Source: Camelus ferus
Lineage: Eukaryota
DNA length: 64,000 nt
Direction: 5' to 3'
Assembly (NCBI RefSeq): GCF_009834535.1
Contig: NC_045707.1
Location: 60,638,001-60,702,000, forward strand
The notes beneath the pieces are model-generated. The model saw only the letters and a list, made by a program, of their open reading frames with translations. It ran no database searches and was not told the origin of the DNA. The stretch's first letter is position 1. The number at the start of each line of letters is the position of its first letter. Shown one piece after another: positions 1 through 13,182 of this stretch. The translations under genes and the position numbers were made by a program.

Positions 1-450
1 TGTAATCATATGCAATTTACTGAGAAATCTATATTTTTAGGAAATCTATAATTGTGTGACCAGCAGGGGGCAACTAAATACTTCAGAAACAGCATCTTAC
101 ACAGGAGGCCAAATTAAAATTGGAGACTGTTAGCATTATCAGTTGTGAAGGAGAACTGAATTCCTTCTAAAATGATAATTAACACCTAGACACACATTCT
201 CACAACACTGAGTTTGTGAAGATAATTAGAACACTCCCCTGAGTAGACAGACTATAAAACCACATTCTAAGGCCTATATGTGGCAGAGTGTTTTGGCTGT
301 TTTTTCAGTTTATAAGATTCTTTGCCAAAAACTATGTATTTTATAATTAAGTTTTTAAAAACTTCTTGTATTATAGAAAATATAATAAACATTGACTTAT
401 TTTTGTAGATTATTCTAGCCTAGGATTCTGCTATTTTACTTGACATTCTA

Positions 451-816
451 AAATATAAATAGAGTTTGCATAGGATTTTGTTGTGTGTGTGTGTGTATAC
501 ATAGAGAGAGAGAGAGAGAGAGAGATTCATTAATGGGTACAGATTTGTTTATATTAAACAAATGGCTCATGTGACTGTGAAGACTCAGAGAAGAGTTGCA
601 GTCTGCTGGCAGAATTCCTTCTTGCTGGAGGAGGTCAGTCTTTGTTCTGTTAAGGCCCTCAGCTGATTGGATGAGGCCCTCCCACATCCCCAAAATCTAC
701 CAATTTAAACGTTAATCTCATCCAAAAACACCTGCACAGAAACATCAAAGTAAACTTTGACAAAATAGCTGGGCACTATAGCCCAGCCAAATTTACATAT
801 AAAATTAACCATCACA
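451..816 (-). mobile_element. MLT2-type (ERVL) solo LTR with internal (TG)n/(AG)n microsatellite
   Basis: Ends in ...ACATATAAAATTAACCATCACA, the reverse complement of the recalled MLT2 start TGTGATGGTTAATTTTATGTG. Internal GCAGAATTCCTTCTT...CTGATTGGATGAGGCCC is shared with the MLT2 copy near 51000. Confidence 0.8.
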
Positions 817-1014
817 GTTGTCCCATTTGTTTATATCAATCTCAAAGTTGGAATAGATCTAAATGGTCAAATAATCTAACACTCCTCCAGATGGAAATGC
901 AGTGCCTGACACAAAGAGAGCATTTAGTAAATGCATTGTGATTTGAATTGAGCTGAATTAAATATCCTTAATGATGGCTAGGTTCTGCCAGGCTTCCAGC
1001 GTGATGTTACGAAA

Positions 1015-1160
1015 TACAGGATTTAGGTATAAACTCGAGTCAGATTATCCTGGTTCACATAAATGGCACCTCTGCTTACTTCTGTGTAAACTTGAATGAG
1101 TTACTTAACCTTGCTAAGCCTCCATTTCCTCACCTACACAAAGGGAACAATAATAATAGC
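1015..1160. mobile_element. MIR SINE fragment
   Basis: MIR core-like GAGTTACTTAACCTTGCTAAGCCTCCATTTCCTCACCT...AATAATAATAG. Confidence 0.65.
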
Positions 1161-1174
1161 CATTAATGGTATGT

Positions 1175-1565
1175 AATGCTAGTAGTAATCGATATTCAGT
1201 TCTCTTTCCCTTCTGGGTACTCTGTGGATTGACTATGTCTCAGCAACCCTGCAACCAGATGGGGCTTTGTGACTCAGTCTGGCCAATTAAATATTATGGA
1301 ATTGACCTGTGTCAATTTTAGAATGAGGTCATGGAAGGTCCATAGGAAACTCTCCAGTCTTTCTTTTCCTACTGGGACAATCATGAAAGAAGACTCATGT
1401 TAAGATGGTGACACTACAAGGTTGAAAGAGCCCGGATTATCATGGCTTTACGTGGAGGACAGTTGTCTGCAACCAGAGCCAACTTTTTGGAAAAAGAAAT
1501 AAATCTGTTCAGTTGGACCACTGACTTTTTTTTCCAACTGCAGGATAATTTAGACTATTCTAGTT
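1175..1565 (+). mobile_element. Old MLT1 (MaLR) LTR
   Basis: Degenerate MLT1 motifs GATGGGGCTTTGTGACTCAGTCTGGCCAAT and GAAATAAATCTGTT. Confidence 0.5.
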
Positions 1566-2544
1566 TATCTCTCTCATAGATTTGTTTTGATGATTCAATC
1601 AGATATTGTATAGGAATTGCTTGTTTGATAAGTAATAAGCACTCAAATGTTATATTTATTATATTGAATGAATCATACAGACTTTGCATATAAAACATTG
1701 CTCTGCTGTTGATCATTATAACAATTCAAAACTCAAACAGCCAAATTAGAGCACCAGGGCACTTCTGTTTAAAGTATTCTAACTCTTTAAACTTTTACTT
1801 AGAACGCTGCTTAATACGCAGTAGGCATTCACAAATAAATGAACAAATTCTTATTTTACTAATCCTCTAATAATTACTATCATTCTTTTCTGGAATCTTT
1901 TATTCCCTTATTGTCAGACTGTCAAGAATTCATTTTCCATTTCTTTTATGAGACTTAGGTTCTTATAAAACAACCACTTTTGGGTAGAGTTGCCCTATCA
2001 ATAATGGGAATTAGGCAGTGATAGCTGCTTACATGTCTTAACACTTTTCTAAATTCAGAACCAATTGACAGGGAGTCAGATAGAGAAAAAAATTTTTAAA
2101 AAGCTTCTTACCGATAAAGCTGCTTGGACAATATGACTTCAATGTACAGCCACAACCAGGATTTTCAATATCTCTCCCCAGGTCCAAATGGGAGATGACA
2201 TACCAAATGAAAATTTAGGTTTTCAGGACAGATAAACTTAGACAGGATCAGTTTTACACTCAGTAAGGTCAACAGTAGAAGGAATGAGAATTAGGCCTCA
2301 GGCTTGCTCTAGGAGGTAGGCCTGGGCCCTATTTCACATGTGTCTAGTTTATTACACAGAATGAGGAACAGAATAAAACATAATCTGTTGTGGTTAGGTA
2401 AATCTGCAAAACATGGCAAGAAAGGGACTGAGACTTATTTTTGTCTCCCCAAATCACCAATTAAATAAAACACTCTTTCTACTTATGAAAGGTGGCAGAA
2501 ATAAAAGTGGAAGTTACTCTTTCCTAAAGTTCTGATAAAAGCAT

Positions 2545-3452
2545 ATAACCTATGTTAAGAACCAGGTAAGGGAGCATCTAAACATACAATACAAATATTA
2601 ACAGATCTAAAGGGAGAAATAGATAGCAATACAATAATAGTAGGGGACTTTTATAGCCTATTTTCATCAAAGAATAGATGATCCAGACAGGTCTTAAATG
2701 GTATGTTACATCAGACTGAGTTAACAGACCTATAGAAAATTCCAATCCAAAAGCAACAGAATGCATTCTTCTCAAACACCCAATGAACATTCTCCAGGAC
2801 AGATCACATGCTAGGCCATACATAATAAATTTAAGAAGATTGAAATCATATAAGCATCTTTTCTAATCACAATGGTATGAAATGAGCAATCAATTATAGA
2901 AAGAGAACTGGAAAATTTACAAATATGTGGGGATTAAACAACATGCTATTGAACAACTGACGGATCAAAGAAGACATCAAAAGAAAAGTTTTAAAAAGTA
3001 CCTTGAGAAAAATGAAAATCGAAATAGAACATATCAAAACTTACGGAATGTAGCAATAGAAGTTGTAAGAGGGAAGTTCAGGGCAATAAATGTCTACATT
3101 AAGAAACAAGAAAGATTGGGGGTAAGGGTATATAGCTCAGTGGTAGAGTGTGTGCTCAGCATGCACAAGGTCCTGGAGTCAATCCCTAGTACTTCCATAA
3201 AAAAAAAATAATAATAAAATAAACAAACCTAATAACCTCCCCCCACCAAAAGAAATTTTTTTAAAGGACAAAAATAAATTAAAACAAAAGAAACAAGAAA
3301 GATCACAAATAAACATCCTAATTTACCCCTCAATAAACTAGAAAAAGAAAAACAAAGCCTAAAAATAGTAGAAGGGAACAACAAAGATCAGAGTGGAAAT
3401 AAATGATACAGAGACTAAAAAAACAATAGAGAAGATCAATGAAATTAAGAGC
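2545..3452 (+). mobile_element. L1 ORF2 endonuclease-region fragment (decayed), interrupted by a SINE
   Basis: ACAATAATAGTAGGGGACTTT at 2631 encodes the L1 endonuclease motif TIIVGDF. A degenerate SIFS(D)HNGMK motif lies near 2850, and the track ORF reads TYQNLRNVAIEVVRGKFRAINVYIKKQER. Multiple stops and frameshifts. Confidence 0.9.
3117..3287 (+). mobile_element. tRNA-derived SINE (camelid vic-1-like)
   Basis: A-box TAGCTCAGTGG, B-box-like GGAGTCAATCC and A-rich tail. 16-bp TSD AAGAAACAAGAAAGAT at 3101-3116 and 3288-3303. Confidence 0.88.
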
Positions 3453-4400
3453 TTTTTTAAAAATGGAGATATAACTTACTTATCAGTTTCAAGTGTACAA
3501 TATAATAATTCAATGTTTGTATATATTGCAAAGTAATACAATAACAACCATCACCACACACAGGTTCAATTTTTTTCTTATGATGAGAACTTTTAAGATC
3601 TACTCTCATAGCGACTTCCAAATACACACTACAGTATGATTAGCTATGGTCACCATGCTATACATTACATCCCCAGGACTTATTTATTTTATAACTAGAA
3701 GTTTGTACCTTTTCATCACCTTCACACATTTCGTCCATCCCCACTCCCCGCCTCTGGCACTCTGGCAACCACCAATCTGTTCTATTTATGAGTTTGGGTG
3801 TTTTTTTTATTTTTAGATTCTACATATAAATGAGATCATATGGTATTTATTTTTCTCCATCTGACTTATTTCACTTAGCACAATATCTTCAAGATCTATT
3901 CACGTTGTCACAAATGTCAGGATTTCCTTCTTTCTTATGGCTGAATAATATATTTATATCACATTTTCTTTATCTATTCATCCAGCAGTGGACACTTAGG
4001 TTGTTTCCATGCCTTGGCTATTGTAAATAATACTGCGGTAAACATGGAGGTGCAGATATCTTTTTGAATTTGTTATTCATTTTCTTCAGATAAATTTTCA
4101 GAAGTGGAATTGCTGGGTCATATGGTAGTTACCAATTTTAATTTTTTGAGAAAACTCCATACTGTTTTCCACAGTAGCTGCATCAATTACATTCTTACAT
4201 GAGGGTTCCCTTTTTTCCACATCCTTGCCAACACTTGTTATTTCTTGTTTTTAATAATAGCCATTTCAACAGGTTTTAAGTGGTATCTCTGTGGTTTTGA
4301 TTTGTATTTCCCTGATGATTAGTGATACTGAGCATCTTTTCATGTATATAATGGCCATCAGAATGTCTTCTTAAAAAAATGTCTATTCAGATCCTCTCTC
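3453..4400 (-). mobile_element. L1 3' end (ORF2 C-terminus plus 3'UTR, L1MA-like)
   Basis: Reverse-strand L1 hallmarks AGAAGTGGAATTGCTGGGTCATATGGTAGTT and TTTCCCTGATGATTAGTGATACTGAGCATCTTTTCATGT. T-rich tail at the left end. Confidence 0.9.
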
Positions 4401-4497
4401 CAATCTTCCCAATTTCTGAAGTCAGAACTTGAAAGTAATTATTGATCTTCCCTTCTTCAATCCCTAAATCAAGCTAACAACAAAACCTATCCTTTCT

Positions 4498-4657
4498 TGC
4501 AGGGGATGATATAGCTCAAGTGGTAGACTGCATGCTTAACATGCACAAGGTCCTGGGTTCAATCCCCAGCACCTTCTCTAAATAAGTTAAACAAACAAAC
4601 AAACTTAATTATCTTCCCCCTCAAAGAAAAAAAAAAAAAAACAACCAACCAAACAAA
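4498..4657 (+). mobile_element. tRNA-derived SINE (camelid vic-1-like)
   Basis: TAGCTCAAGTGGTAGA...GGTCCTGGGTTCAATCCCCAGCACC (A and B boxes) plus poly-A tail. 16-bp TSD AAAACCTATCCTTTCT at 4482-4497 and 4658-4673. Homologous to the copy at 3117. Confidence 0.88.
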
Positions 4658-4689
4658 AAAACCTATCCTTTCTCCAAAACATAGCTTCA

Positions 4690-5470
4690 TCCTATTTTAG
4701 GTCACATTTAGCTCTTGCCTGGGCTTTTGCACTAATCTCCTATCTCTTTGCTTTCTCTTTTACCCTTCTTCAGTCTTCTACAGAGAAGCTATCTTTTTAA
4801 GAAGCAGTTTTGGTCAGTTCACTTACCTGCTAAAAACAGTCCAGTGGTTTCCTATTGCACTCCAAATAAAATCTAAAACTCTAACCATGCCATGTAACTT
4901 CCTACAGAATCTGGCCTCTATTTACTTCTTCATTTTAATTTCTAGCCAAGCCTATTTTACTCAGCATAGTATATATTCATTTCCTAGCATAATCTGACTC
5001 TCAGAAGGCACTCAGTAACCACTGAAAAATCAATGCATAAATGGAGATAATGACTTAAGTTTTAGACATATTTGAAGTAAAATGTCTGACTGGAGATTAT
5101 AATAATTAGTGATTATTTATATGATTACATTGCACAGGAGAGAGGATTAGGCTAGAAATATATATTTGATAGATTAAAATGAGTTAGAACACAAAATCTA
5201 TTTCTCCTCCATTTTCTATGAAGAAGATATGGAGTGAAAAAAGAAGAGGGCTGAGTATGGAATTTGGGAGCAATTAAAGAAAGAGCAGAGAAAGATAAAC
5301 TTGCAAAGGAGACTAAGTAAGAGTCAGAAAGATAGGTGGAAAACTAAGAGAATATGATGACATAAAAACTAAAGAAGAGAATTTCTGCCCAAAGGTAAAA
5401 AAGAGACAGAGAAAGAAGTTGTCAATTGGTGATGATAGTAAGGTGAAAAGTCTGTGTGGATCTAGTGCTA
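4690..5470. mobile_element. L2 LINE fragments
   Basis: L2-like CCAGTGGTTTCCTATTGCACTCCAAATAAAATCTAAAACTC followed by a purine-rich L2-like segment. Confidence 0.5.
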
Positions 5471-8400
5471 AGGCAGCCCTTCCAAGTCATAGGTGAGACG
5501 CACAGATAAAGGTAATTAGCAGGCAAAGAGAGGCTTTGAAGAAGTAACTAGATAGGCTGGTGCCCTGGCAATCTCCCAAGCTGGAACGTACAGTCTCATG
5601 TTGACAATGATTCAGAAGCTGTATGTAGGCTCAGTAGGAAATAGTGATTTTTTATGCATGGTAGAAAGTTGAAACTATATATAAGCAAAATAGGAAAATA
5701 AAAACTACAGTATTCTCTATCCAGAGTTTACTGCTGTTAACAGCTTATCATATATCTTTCTATATCTTTATCTTTACATAGACATACAAATATGTATTTT
5801 TAACCAAAGTGGTATCATACTCGATGTGCAATTTTGTAACCTAGTTACCTTTTTAAAATTAACAATCTCTACCTTTTCAAGTCAATACATTTTCATCTTA
5901 CCTAAAAACTCAAATTCAGATTTTCCCATTTGTCTCCAAAATATCTTTACTTTGAAAAGAGTAACTAAAAATTTAAAAATTATTTTTCCTTTCCTGTAGG
6001 AACCATATTTCAGGGTAACCAAAGAGTTCCAGGTAATAAAGGCAAGCTCTGGTTTACTGAATAATGTCAGAATATAGAAAGAATGAGGAAATTAGAATTA
6101 TTTTACAATTCTTACTGAAATTATTGGTTCTTGTTAGGGTTTTTAACGGGTATCAAAGGATGAGCTTTATGTTTGAAGGGGAAGTAGACATTTGTATAGT
6201 GTTAAAGTAATATCATATAAATTACTCCTTAGTCACAAGTTTATAAAGTTGGGATAAGACTTCCATGTCATTAATTCTGTTATCAGTCTAAGCATCAATG
6301 ATTGTCATCAATCAAACAGCATGAAAGATGTTATAGAAAAATATACTACATTACCTATAAATATTCTAGTCAAAATGTTTATCTTGAATTGATCAACACA
6401 TTTAATATTTTCAATGAAAGATTTCAAATAGCCATTTTTACATCTATCAAAAGTCATAGATAAGATGTTCTGGGTTGCTAACTGACTGGGAAGGCAAAAA
6501 AATAAGGAAATGTATGCATTTGTGCTTAAAGACTAATTTTGTTTTACTATGATTCACTGTACTTAAGAAAGAAGTATGGCAAGACGTGACTGGCTTAGAG
6601 TGTTGACTCCACTTATCTTAAGAGGTGGTCTGGTTGGAAGCCTTACTTGAATGGAAAACACAACTCAGAAACTGAGTCTATTTCCTGGTTGCTGAAGAAG
6701 TGGCTTTCACTCTTACATCACGTGTGAGATCGACTGTGTCCAGATTCTAAAATAAATTGAAGATTGTCCAGATTCTTAAATAAATCTGTTCTCATGGCCT
6801 GAGGTTATGCTCGTCTATGTATATTTCATAATTCTCAGAAGTAGGCCAGTTGCTGCAAAAGCTTTGGTATCAATGGAAGGTTGGTAGAGTGTATAGTCTA
6901 TGTATAATTTTCTTACAACTGAGTAGAGCAATATTGTGCAGAATGTCATAGTCTCAAAAGATAGTAATCAACAATTCATATTTCTTGAGTTCTGTAATTC
7001 TTCTAACAACATTGTAAAACAGATTCTTTTTCCAACTCCACCTTACAGATGAGGAAAAGAGCCTTGGTAAGGTCACACAGCTAATAAATGATATGGCTAG
7101 GATTAGAACTGAGATCTGACTTCAGAGTTGGAGCTCAACCCTGATACACTACACTACTTCAGTGAGTCAAATTTATATTAATAAACTTTATAATATTGAT
7201 TGAAGTGATTTTTGAGAATTTTTTGGACCTAACAGTAATACTGACTCATAACAGTTTCTAAATTATCACCTCTAACCTAATAGGAACATCTATGCATGAA
7301 ATGAAAGTACTTTGTTCTTGTCATATAATAAGCACTGAAGGAATAAAACATTAACAGAATACTTCTGACTTTTTTTTCAGATGTCAGTGCTATTCAAAGC
7401 AGAGCCTAAATTTTTACTTGACATTTTTTGCTACTTTTTATGAACTCGACAGTTGTGCATTTGGAATCTGTTCAAATTCTATTTGTAGCTGAATCATGTG
7501 AATGACAAGGAGATCAGTGCATCTGCTTCTTAGCCTCTCCAGAGTAATCTGTATTTGCAGAATGCCTTGTGTAAATCTGAACATATTAACATGCTCAATC
7601 GGATTTACTGACCACAAGTTATATTATGTTAGGATTTTCAAAATGGTTTAATAGAGGTTTGGAGCAAATAATAGGTAGCATGAGTTGCTTCTGATTTGAA
7701 AACTTTTCCTCAAACACATCATAGACATGATAAAGAGGAAATGATTACTATATTTGGGTAAGGGTAGAAAATAAGTAACAGTTGTACAGTACATTCCCAC
7801 TAACCTGACCTATAGGTAGAGAAAAGAAAGTAATATATTTCAAAGGTTTTTTTTTTTCCTAAAGAAGGGACACAGTTATAGTTTAGAGTATGTGCCTCTA
7901 AGAAATGAGACATTAAAAAAATATATAATCACATACCATTACCACACCTAAAACAATTAATAATTCCTTAATATCATGTAACATGCAGTCAGTATTAAAA
8001 TTTTCCTGATTGTCTCACTAATGTCTTTTTATAAAAGTGGTTTGTTTGAATCAGAATCTAAAAAGGTCCATATATTGCATTTGGCTTGATGTCTGATAAG
8101 TCTATTTTAATCCATAACAGTGCCCTCCTTTTTTTAGCTTGTCTTTCTTTGTGAATAATCTTCTAGAATTTTCCCTGTTCTTAGTTTAGATCGTTGTATT
8201 TATATAGTGTACTCTTTTGTAATAATTTAAGGGAGGGGGTAGGATAAGAATGTAAATGATGTCAGGTCCAAGACTATCTGCTAACAGCAAAAGGAAGTTA
8301 GTGGGAAGTAATTAACAATGACGGACCACCAGAGGTGATCTCTAGAAAGGAGTTGACACTCAGAATGTACTTAAATGGAGCTGTGCCAACTCCAGTCCAT

Positions 8401-10129
8401 TTCCAGGAGGGGGTTACAATGATTAATGGTTAAAGGAAATGACTGGAGGAATGGCATTGGAAGTCAGGTATTCAACTGTGCCTGTTAGAATACCAGGCAA
8501 AAGTAAAGCTCCCAAAGGAATTGACTGAAAACAATTAAAGGAGAATCAATCAGACCTAGAACAGAGGGATGAACGTGGCTGGAACACACAAGACAGACAG
8601 AAAGTAGGTTAGGTACCTTTTTACTCTACTTTGCCACATCTGGGGACCAGTGTTCTAGATGGGTAGGAGAGACACTAAATACCAAGGATATCTGGTAGAA
8701 GATATCTAGGTTAGGTAGGACCTGCCCTTGTTGGGGGGGCTGGGGGGGGTAGATGGTTGCTACCTGATAATGCTGGTGATAGCACCTTCACTCCCAGCAG
8801 AGAACAGCAGAAAGGTCAGTTTTGAAACGCTGTTAGTTTATAGGGTGAGATCTCTTGCTAGCTTCCCATTCATTTCAGGAAAGAGGTGGAGTAACCTATG
8901 GATTCTTGATAATTTTTTTTTTCTTTTTTTGTAAATAGGATGTACCTCTGACCCAGTAAAAATGATACCTTATTAAATTGAAAAAATTAAGGCACAATTT
9001 GGTTCATACAAACTGAATTACTTGTGACCACTCAGAAAGTTTAATATAAACACAGGTTGGACAAAGTAAACTGGAATAATCCATACTAGTAATATATAAT
9101 CTTTTATATGTTAAAAGATATAAAGAAATAAAAGTCATTTGGACATTCTTCAGTGAAATTATAGTTTTATCAAGAAAGTATTATAGAAGTAAGCATATTT
9201 TGAATAATCTCATGTAGTTGAGGAAAAGAGTAAAGCTTTGGTAAAAAAAATAAGGTGTAATTTCTTTGCATTTTAGTTATCACAATTTTGAAAATTTAAG
9301 GGATTGTGTGTTCTGTGTTTCCCATGTTTACATAATTGTGATAAACAGCATTTTATAGACTCTCCTAAAATAGAAATGAAAAACATTGTTTACAACTGGG
9401 AATGTGTAGTCCGGTAGTTATCAGAAAGAAAGGGGTTCTTCTTCTTCTTTTAAAAATTTATTTGGAGTTTAGGGTGCCCTCTGAGCTGAACTGAAACTCA
9501 GGCATCAATCCTCACACCTGAGCATAAATTTATATCTATTTCCAGAGATGGTGTTAAAAGTCATAGCATGCACCTCATTTTTGAATAGGCGATGTGGGTG
9601 GAAGAGTAGGCAGAGCTTTTCAATAAGACTTAATTGTCCTTAACCTGTGAATACATAATTATATAATTTGTTATGATGAACTTTCATTTTTAGACTTCTG
9701 TGGTGGGAATCATTAATGCTTCATAGTTAGGTGAAAAATAGTATATAATTCTGCTTCTTATTACTCTAACTCATGATCTCCTAAATACATGATAATTTCT
9801 TAGTCTGGTTATTAATAAGTCATCCTCACTGGTACATTATGCAAATTTGAACTAAGAATGTCATTATGAAGAAAAACACTTAAAATGCTGCACCAGTACA
9901 GTTATTTAAAAAGAGAATACCAATAAAATATTAATACAGTTTTACCTATATGGATGAGAATAGAGGGGGAAGAAAGGAAATGTTTAGTGTTTTTGTTCTT
10001 AAAGGCATTTACTAGATGGAGATAATAACACAAATGGGTGACATACTTGGTCTGACAAAGTCTGTTTAACAGTAGGTGTAAAGTGAGAATCTGACTGGAC
10101 TTATTCTGTTAGGCAGTATGAGTGATTAT

Positions 10130-11830
10130 TTTTTCTTTTAAAAATGTTATTAAAATATTTTTAACAATTCTTACTGTTTTGCATAGTCAATACATTTTAG
10201 ATTTATGCAAATATTTACCACTTCAGTGCTTTTCCTTTAGTCTCAATTCTCAGACCTTCCATTTGGGATCATTTTATTTTTACCTGAAAAGAGAAATTTC
10301 TTTAGACTTTCTGTTAGTGAGAACCTATTAGTAGCAAATTCTGCTCTTGCTTGCTTAAAAATGCCTTTATTTTTGCCTCATTCTTGAAAGATCTTTTCAC
10401 TGGGTATTGAATTCAAGGCTGTCATTTTCTTTTAGCCCATTGAAGATCTTATTCCATCGTCTTTCGGTTTCTGTTGTTACTGATGAAAAGTTAGTTATCA
10501 GACACTTTTGAGGATAATCTGTACTTTTTTTCCTCTGCTACTTTTAAAGTTTTCTTTTTTGTTTATGGTGTTCTAGAATTTCACTATACTGTACCTAAGT
10601 ATGAATTTATTATTCTTTAACTTGCGTGGGATTTAAAATAAGTCTGTGGGTTGGAGTCTTTCATCATTTCTGGAAAGTTCTCATCCATTATCTTGTCAAA
10701 TACTGCCTCTGCTCCCATTTTCTCTCTTCCTATTCTTCTGGAGCTACAATTAGAATTATTTTGGATTTTCTCAAAATGTTGTCTATGTCAGTTAAAGTCT
10801 CTCATACTTTTCATTTCTTTTTCTTTTTCTGTTGCATTTGCAATAATTTCTTCATCCCTATCTCCCAGTTCACTAAATTGTACTTCTTCTGTGTCGAATA
10901 GACTATTAAACTTGCCCACTGAATTTTAAATTTTAATATTTTATATTTTTCAATTAAGTTCAATTTTTTCAAATATCTTCAGTAATTCTTTATAGTTTCT
11001 TGTTCTCTGTACATATTTTTAAGCTTATTTTTCTATTGCTTTATTTATACTTTATATATTTCTAAAGTAAAATTTATTTTAGTAATTTCAAATTTTAGTA
11101 ATTTCAGTATCTGAAGCCATTTTAAATCTGTTGCTGCTATCTTATGTTTGTATTGTTTTTCACTAATGGTGTCTTATTTTCTTTTGTGCTTGCTATTTTT
11201 AAAAGGTGAGCTGCTCATTTTCCTCAGAATTTTATTTATAAGCATCCTTTAAGGCTTAAGATTAAGATGAGCTCCTCCAGAGAGGATTGGCATTTGCTTC
11301 TGCCAGATGTCTGAGAGCACTATCAATCAAAAATAATTACTAATTAAATTAACAGCTTAAGGTGTTTTAGGATCACCTAGATAGTACAAACTCAAGTTAC
11401 ACTTTTGTGTGACAGCTAGATTGACTCCAAATTCTCAGATACGATTTTGCTTTTCCCTTGATCATAGGTGCTAAAGTTTAAGACAGTAAATTTTCTTTGT
11501 AGACTTGGGGCTGGTAAAGGGCAAGTTTATTTCTAGTACCTGACTATACTGAATGAATAATCCCCAGGACTATATTTCTCTCTCTCTCTCTCTCTGTATA
11601 TAAGGCAGGTCATGGGTTTTGTCTCTATTAAGAGCATGAAAAGCTCATGTTAACTGGGTTCGGCAAATGCCCATGGGCTAAAGGTTGGCTTTAGGCTCTG
11701 CTCAACTCTCTGGTTTCTGCCTTCATTTAGTATTTTTGATCTAATGATTTCTTACTTTATTGCCAGTTAATTAGTGTATTTAATAAGATTTAAAAAATAT
11801 TTTCCCAGAAATTTGTTTTCAGTGTGATCA
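10130..11830 (-). mobile_element. Old L1M fragment(s)
   Basis: T-rich antisense L1M motifs TTCTTGAAAGATCTTTTCACTGGGTATTGAATT and TCTGGAAAGTTCTCATCCATTATCTTGTCAAATA. Confidence 0.7.
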
Positions 11831-13182
11831 CTGATTGAGGTACCTAGTCTATGATACTGTGAGGAAAAAAAAGCCTATATTCTTCTTTACAGCTTATTAT
11901 TCCAATTTTCCTGGAGGGGTATTTCCTTAAAATACATAATAGTAAACAGAAATACTTAAAATCAATATGCAAGTATTTTGCAAGCAAATCTGTAGATTTT
12001 AGAAATACACTAATTTTTAACATAAATTTTAGTTGGCTGTTTATCAAATATCTGCTTGACTATTTTATAGATGTGTATTCTTTTATTTTATTAAATAGAA
12101 GTTTAAATATTGTTCTATAGTGCATTTCATCTTTGAACCACTGATCTGTTTATTCAGTTTAGAAGATCTGCAAAATTATGCTATATAACAATTTCAAAAA
12201 TCTCTGTGATTTAGAACAAATATTTATGTTTTATTCTTGTTTCATGTTAGTAGCTGCAGGTCAGCTGATGCAGTACTGCTTTCTGAGGTAAAGGTCAATT
12301 TCAGGTCTGTTCCACTTATTTTCTTATTTTGAAACCCTATTTTGAACAAGCTTTTCTCATGACAGGCAGCACAAGACTAAGAGAATGGCCTGAATGCTGC
12401 AGTAAAATTTAAAGAAGTTAGCATGTGTCACATCCACTCACAAATAATTGGCTAGTGCAAGTAGTATGACCAACAGTAATAATACAATCTACCACAGTCT
12501 TCAAAGTTGTGCTGAATACCTTATTTATGTTTGTGGTTGCTTTCAATTTCAGTCTTCTTCTAGAAAATGAGGATTTTAACCTAAAATCCTCTTTAGTAAA
12601 CTTTGGCAATATACGTGTCTAAATGGAAGGCTAAAGGAGGAAAAATACCTCAAGCAAAATTTCTCACATTCTAGGTCAGAGTTTTCTGCAGGAAAGAGAA
12701 TCATGCCTGTCGGTGCTTAAACTGATTTGGAAAAAAGAACTTCTCATTCTTAGAAATGTATAATTAATTAAACACTAGGCAAAAAAGATGAATTTTCATT
12801 GGAGTTTAAATTGGTTGCAATAAAAAGTTTTAGTTTAAAATGCTATTCTTAAAATCATTTTAAGAGTAGCAAATTTGGAGTGTCTCTCTTAACATAGCAA
12901 ATGGAAGTTATCAAATATTTTTCAGTTACAGTGCAAGATCCCATATTATACTTCTGCTTATGTTGTGATTACACTGAAAATGCTAGATTGAATGACTATT
13001 TCCTGGAATCATGGAATATCAGATTTAGAAGGATCTGAAAAGCATATATTTTTCAACTGTAGTGTATTGATAAACTATTTTGCTGCAATCAATTGTGAGG
13101 TATGTTAAAATCATTAGTTATTCATGACAAGTAACTATTACCAGTGGTAGTTAAAATATAGAAGATTATGGAGGATTATACT

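Noticed and set aside
3117..3200. tRNA-like sequence (also at ~4505-4575)
   Set aside because: Followed by a shared non-tRNA body and A-rich tail and flanked by TSDs, so these are SINEs rather than tRNA genes.
2545..4400. Adjacent opposite-strand L1 pieces as a twin-priming 5' inversion
   Set aside because: The minus-strand piece meets the plus-strand piece at its poly-A end, and the two are far apart in L1 coordinates (endonuclease versus 3' end). Two independent insertions fit better.
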